A stretch of DNA of 39,803 nt from Massilia sp. UBA2709 (GTDB taxonomy: Bacteria; Pseudomonadota; Gammaproteobacteria; Burkholderiales; Burkholderiaceae_D). The stretch is taken from the NCBI GenBank assembly GCA_002354135.1, contig DEKZ01000120.1, forward strand, positions 2,804 through 42,606. The letters are read 5' to 3'. The position numbers and the translations under genes were made by a program. Of the stretch, positions 38,864 through 39,803 are shown one piece after another. A model generated the notes under the pieces. That model ran no database searches and was not told the origin of the DNA. It saw nothing but the letters and a program-made list of their open reading frames with translations. Each line of letters begins with the position of its first letter. The stretch's first letter is position 1.

Positions 38864-39086
38864 GGTAGACCTCCTGATCAGGAAAGAATCCAACGCGCGC
38901 CACGACGTGGCGCTGCTCAAAAAACTAGCACGTTGGCAGGAGGGCCCACACACCATACGGATGGGCATTGACCGCTGAGCAATTGGCTCAGCAGGGAATG
39001 TTACCGCGGCAGTAGGCGAGAAGGATATGATTCAAATTTTGCAATATCCTCTTCGAAAGTGAATCATGTCCAGGCCGCGCGCCGGC

Positions 39087-39548
39087 CTACTTTTTCTTCT
39101 GGATCGTGATGTCGCCGTCGGCCTCGAGGAAGGCGGACTGCATGTCCTGGCGCGCGCAATCGGCCGCCCGCAGCGCCTGTTCGAGGTCGGCTTCGGTGAT
39201 GCGGCAGCGCCGCACGATCTTGTCGAAGAAAACGCCGTCGCGCCCGATCAGGATGGCGGTGCCGTCCAGCACCTTGGACATGCCCCGGCTGTTCGCTGAC
39301 AGCACCGCGACGATGGCGTTGAGCACCAGCAGCGTGGCCGCGAGGATCAGGCCGCCGCCGACCGAATCGTCGCCGCCGGACAGGGAGTTCGACACCGCTT
39401 CGGACAGGAGCAGCATCACCAGCAGGTCGAAAGGCGTGAACTGGCCCACGGTGCGCCGGCCCGACAGGCGCACCATCACCAGCAAGGCCAGGTAGACGAC
39501 CGCGCCGCGCACGACGAATTCCCACCACGCCAAATCCATATCGAACAT
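39087..39548 (-). CDS. DUF421/YetF-family membrane protein
   Basis: RLSGRRTVGQFTPFDL, three TM segments, LEADGDITI; GAGG RBS before ATG 39548. Confidence 0.88.
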   Translation of the reverse strand: MFDMDLAWWEFVVRGAVVYLALLVMVRLSGRRTVGQFTPFDLLVMLLLSEAVSNSLSGGDDSVGGGLILAATLLVLNAIVAVLSANSRGMSKVLDGTAILIGRDGVFFDKIVRRCRITEADLEQALRAADCARQDMQSAFLEADGDITIQKKK

Positions 39549-39636
39549 AGCCACCTCGACGCATCCACGCTGATGAGCCGATTCTAATCATTTTGCCAAC
39601 AGGCTGCCGCTCGCTTCGTGCGCGGATATGTTTCCC

Positions 39637-39801
39637 TCAGTCTTCCTTCCGGTAGCTGCGCAGGCGGAACACCATCTTGCCGCCGCTGCGCTCGCAGAAG
39701 CCGCTCATGGTTTCGCCGGGAGCGATGGTGCGGCTGAGGCGGGCGCCCGGCTGCATGCCGGCGCAGGCCGCATGCAGCGCGTCCGGGATGTCGGGCAGGG
39801 C
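39637..39801 (-). CDS. 3' end of a hypothetical protein (partial; enters from the right edge)
   Basis: My translation is ...ALPDIPDALHAACAGMQPGARLSRTIAPGETMSGFCERSGGKMVFRLRSYRKED*, with GC-biased codons. Confidence 0.6.
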   Translation of the reverse strand, partial: ALPDIPDALHAACAGMQPGARLSRTIAPGETMSGFCERSGGKMVFRLRSYRKED

Positions 39802-39803
39802 GG

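Noticed and set aside
38864..39060. Sigma-54 promoter expected for a PEP-CTERM gene
   Set aside because: No TGGCAC-N5-TTGC match in the correct orientation.

Overview
High-GC betaproteobacterial chromosome segment. Gene content and order suggest Burkholderiales, most likely Oxalobacteraceae/Massilia-like (inference). Left to right: (1) the edge of a probable general-stress locus: partial GT2 glycosyltransferase, ATM1/HMT1-type ABC exporter, a Gln/Gly-rich disordered protein and a KGG/Con-10 protein, the last two driven by mirror-image promoters; (2) M14 cytosolic carboxypeptidase, CYTH protein, serine hydrolase, GNAT and DUF2863-like genes; (3) a Fur-boxed piuA/fiu-piuC iron-uptake pair and a second TonB-dependent receptor with a LysR-type box; (4) an accessory-looking block with an OmpA lipoprotein, an unknown protein, a 5-PAS hybrid kinase and a small lipoprotein; (5) the core TCA cluster acnA-hyp-citE-like-mdh / gntR(sdhR)-sdhCDAB-sdhE-gltA; (6) a secreted Cys-rich protein bracketed by a duplicated terminator, a repeat-plus-leader-ORF arrangement in front of rnk, a SnoaL-like gene, a MITE-like element, gluQ, a CHRD/PEP-CTERM protein and DUF421. 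Seven GTAG-type REP hairpins are scattered through intergenic regions. I saw no CRISPR, tRNA, rRNA, transposase or integrase. I cannot show a wholly new multi-gene system from sequence alone. The best leads are the twin AGTCCTACA-N16-TCCTATAC stress promoters, the rnk leader architecture and the terminator-flanked Cys-rich gene.
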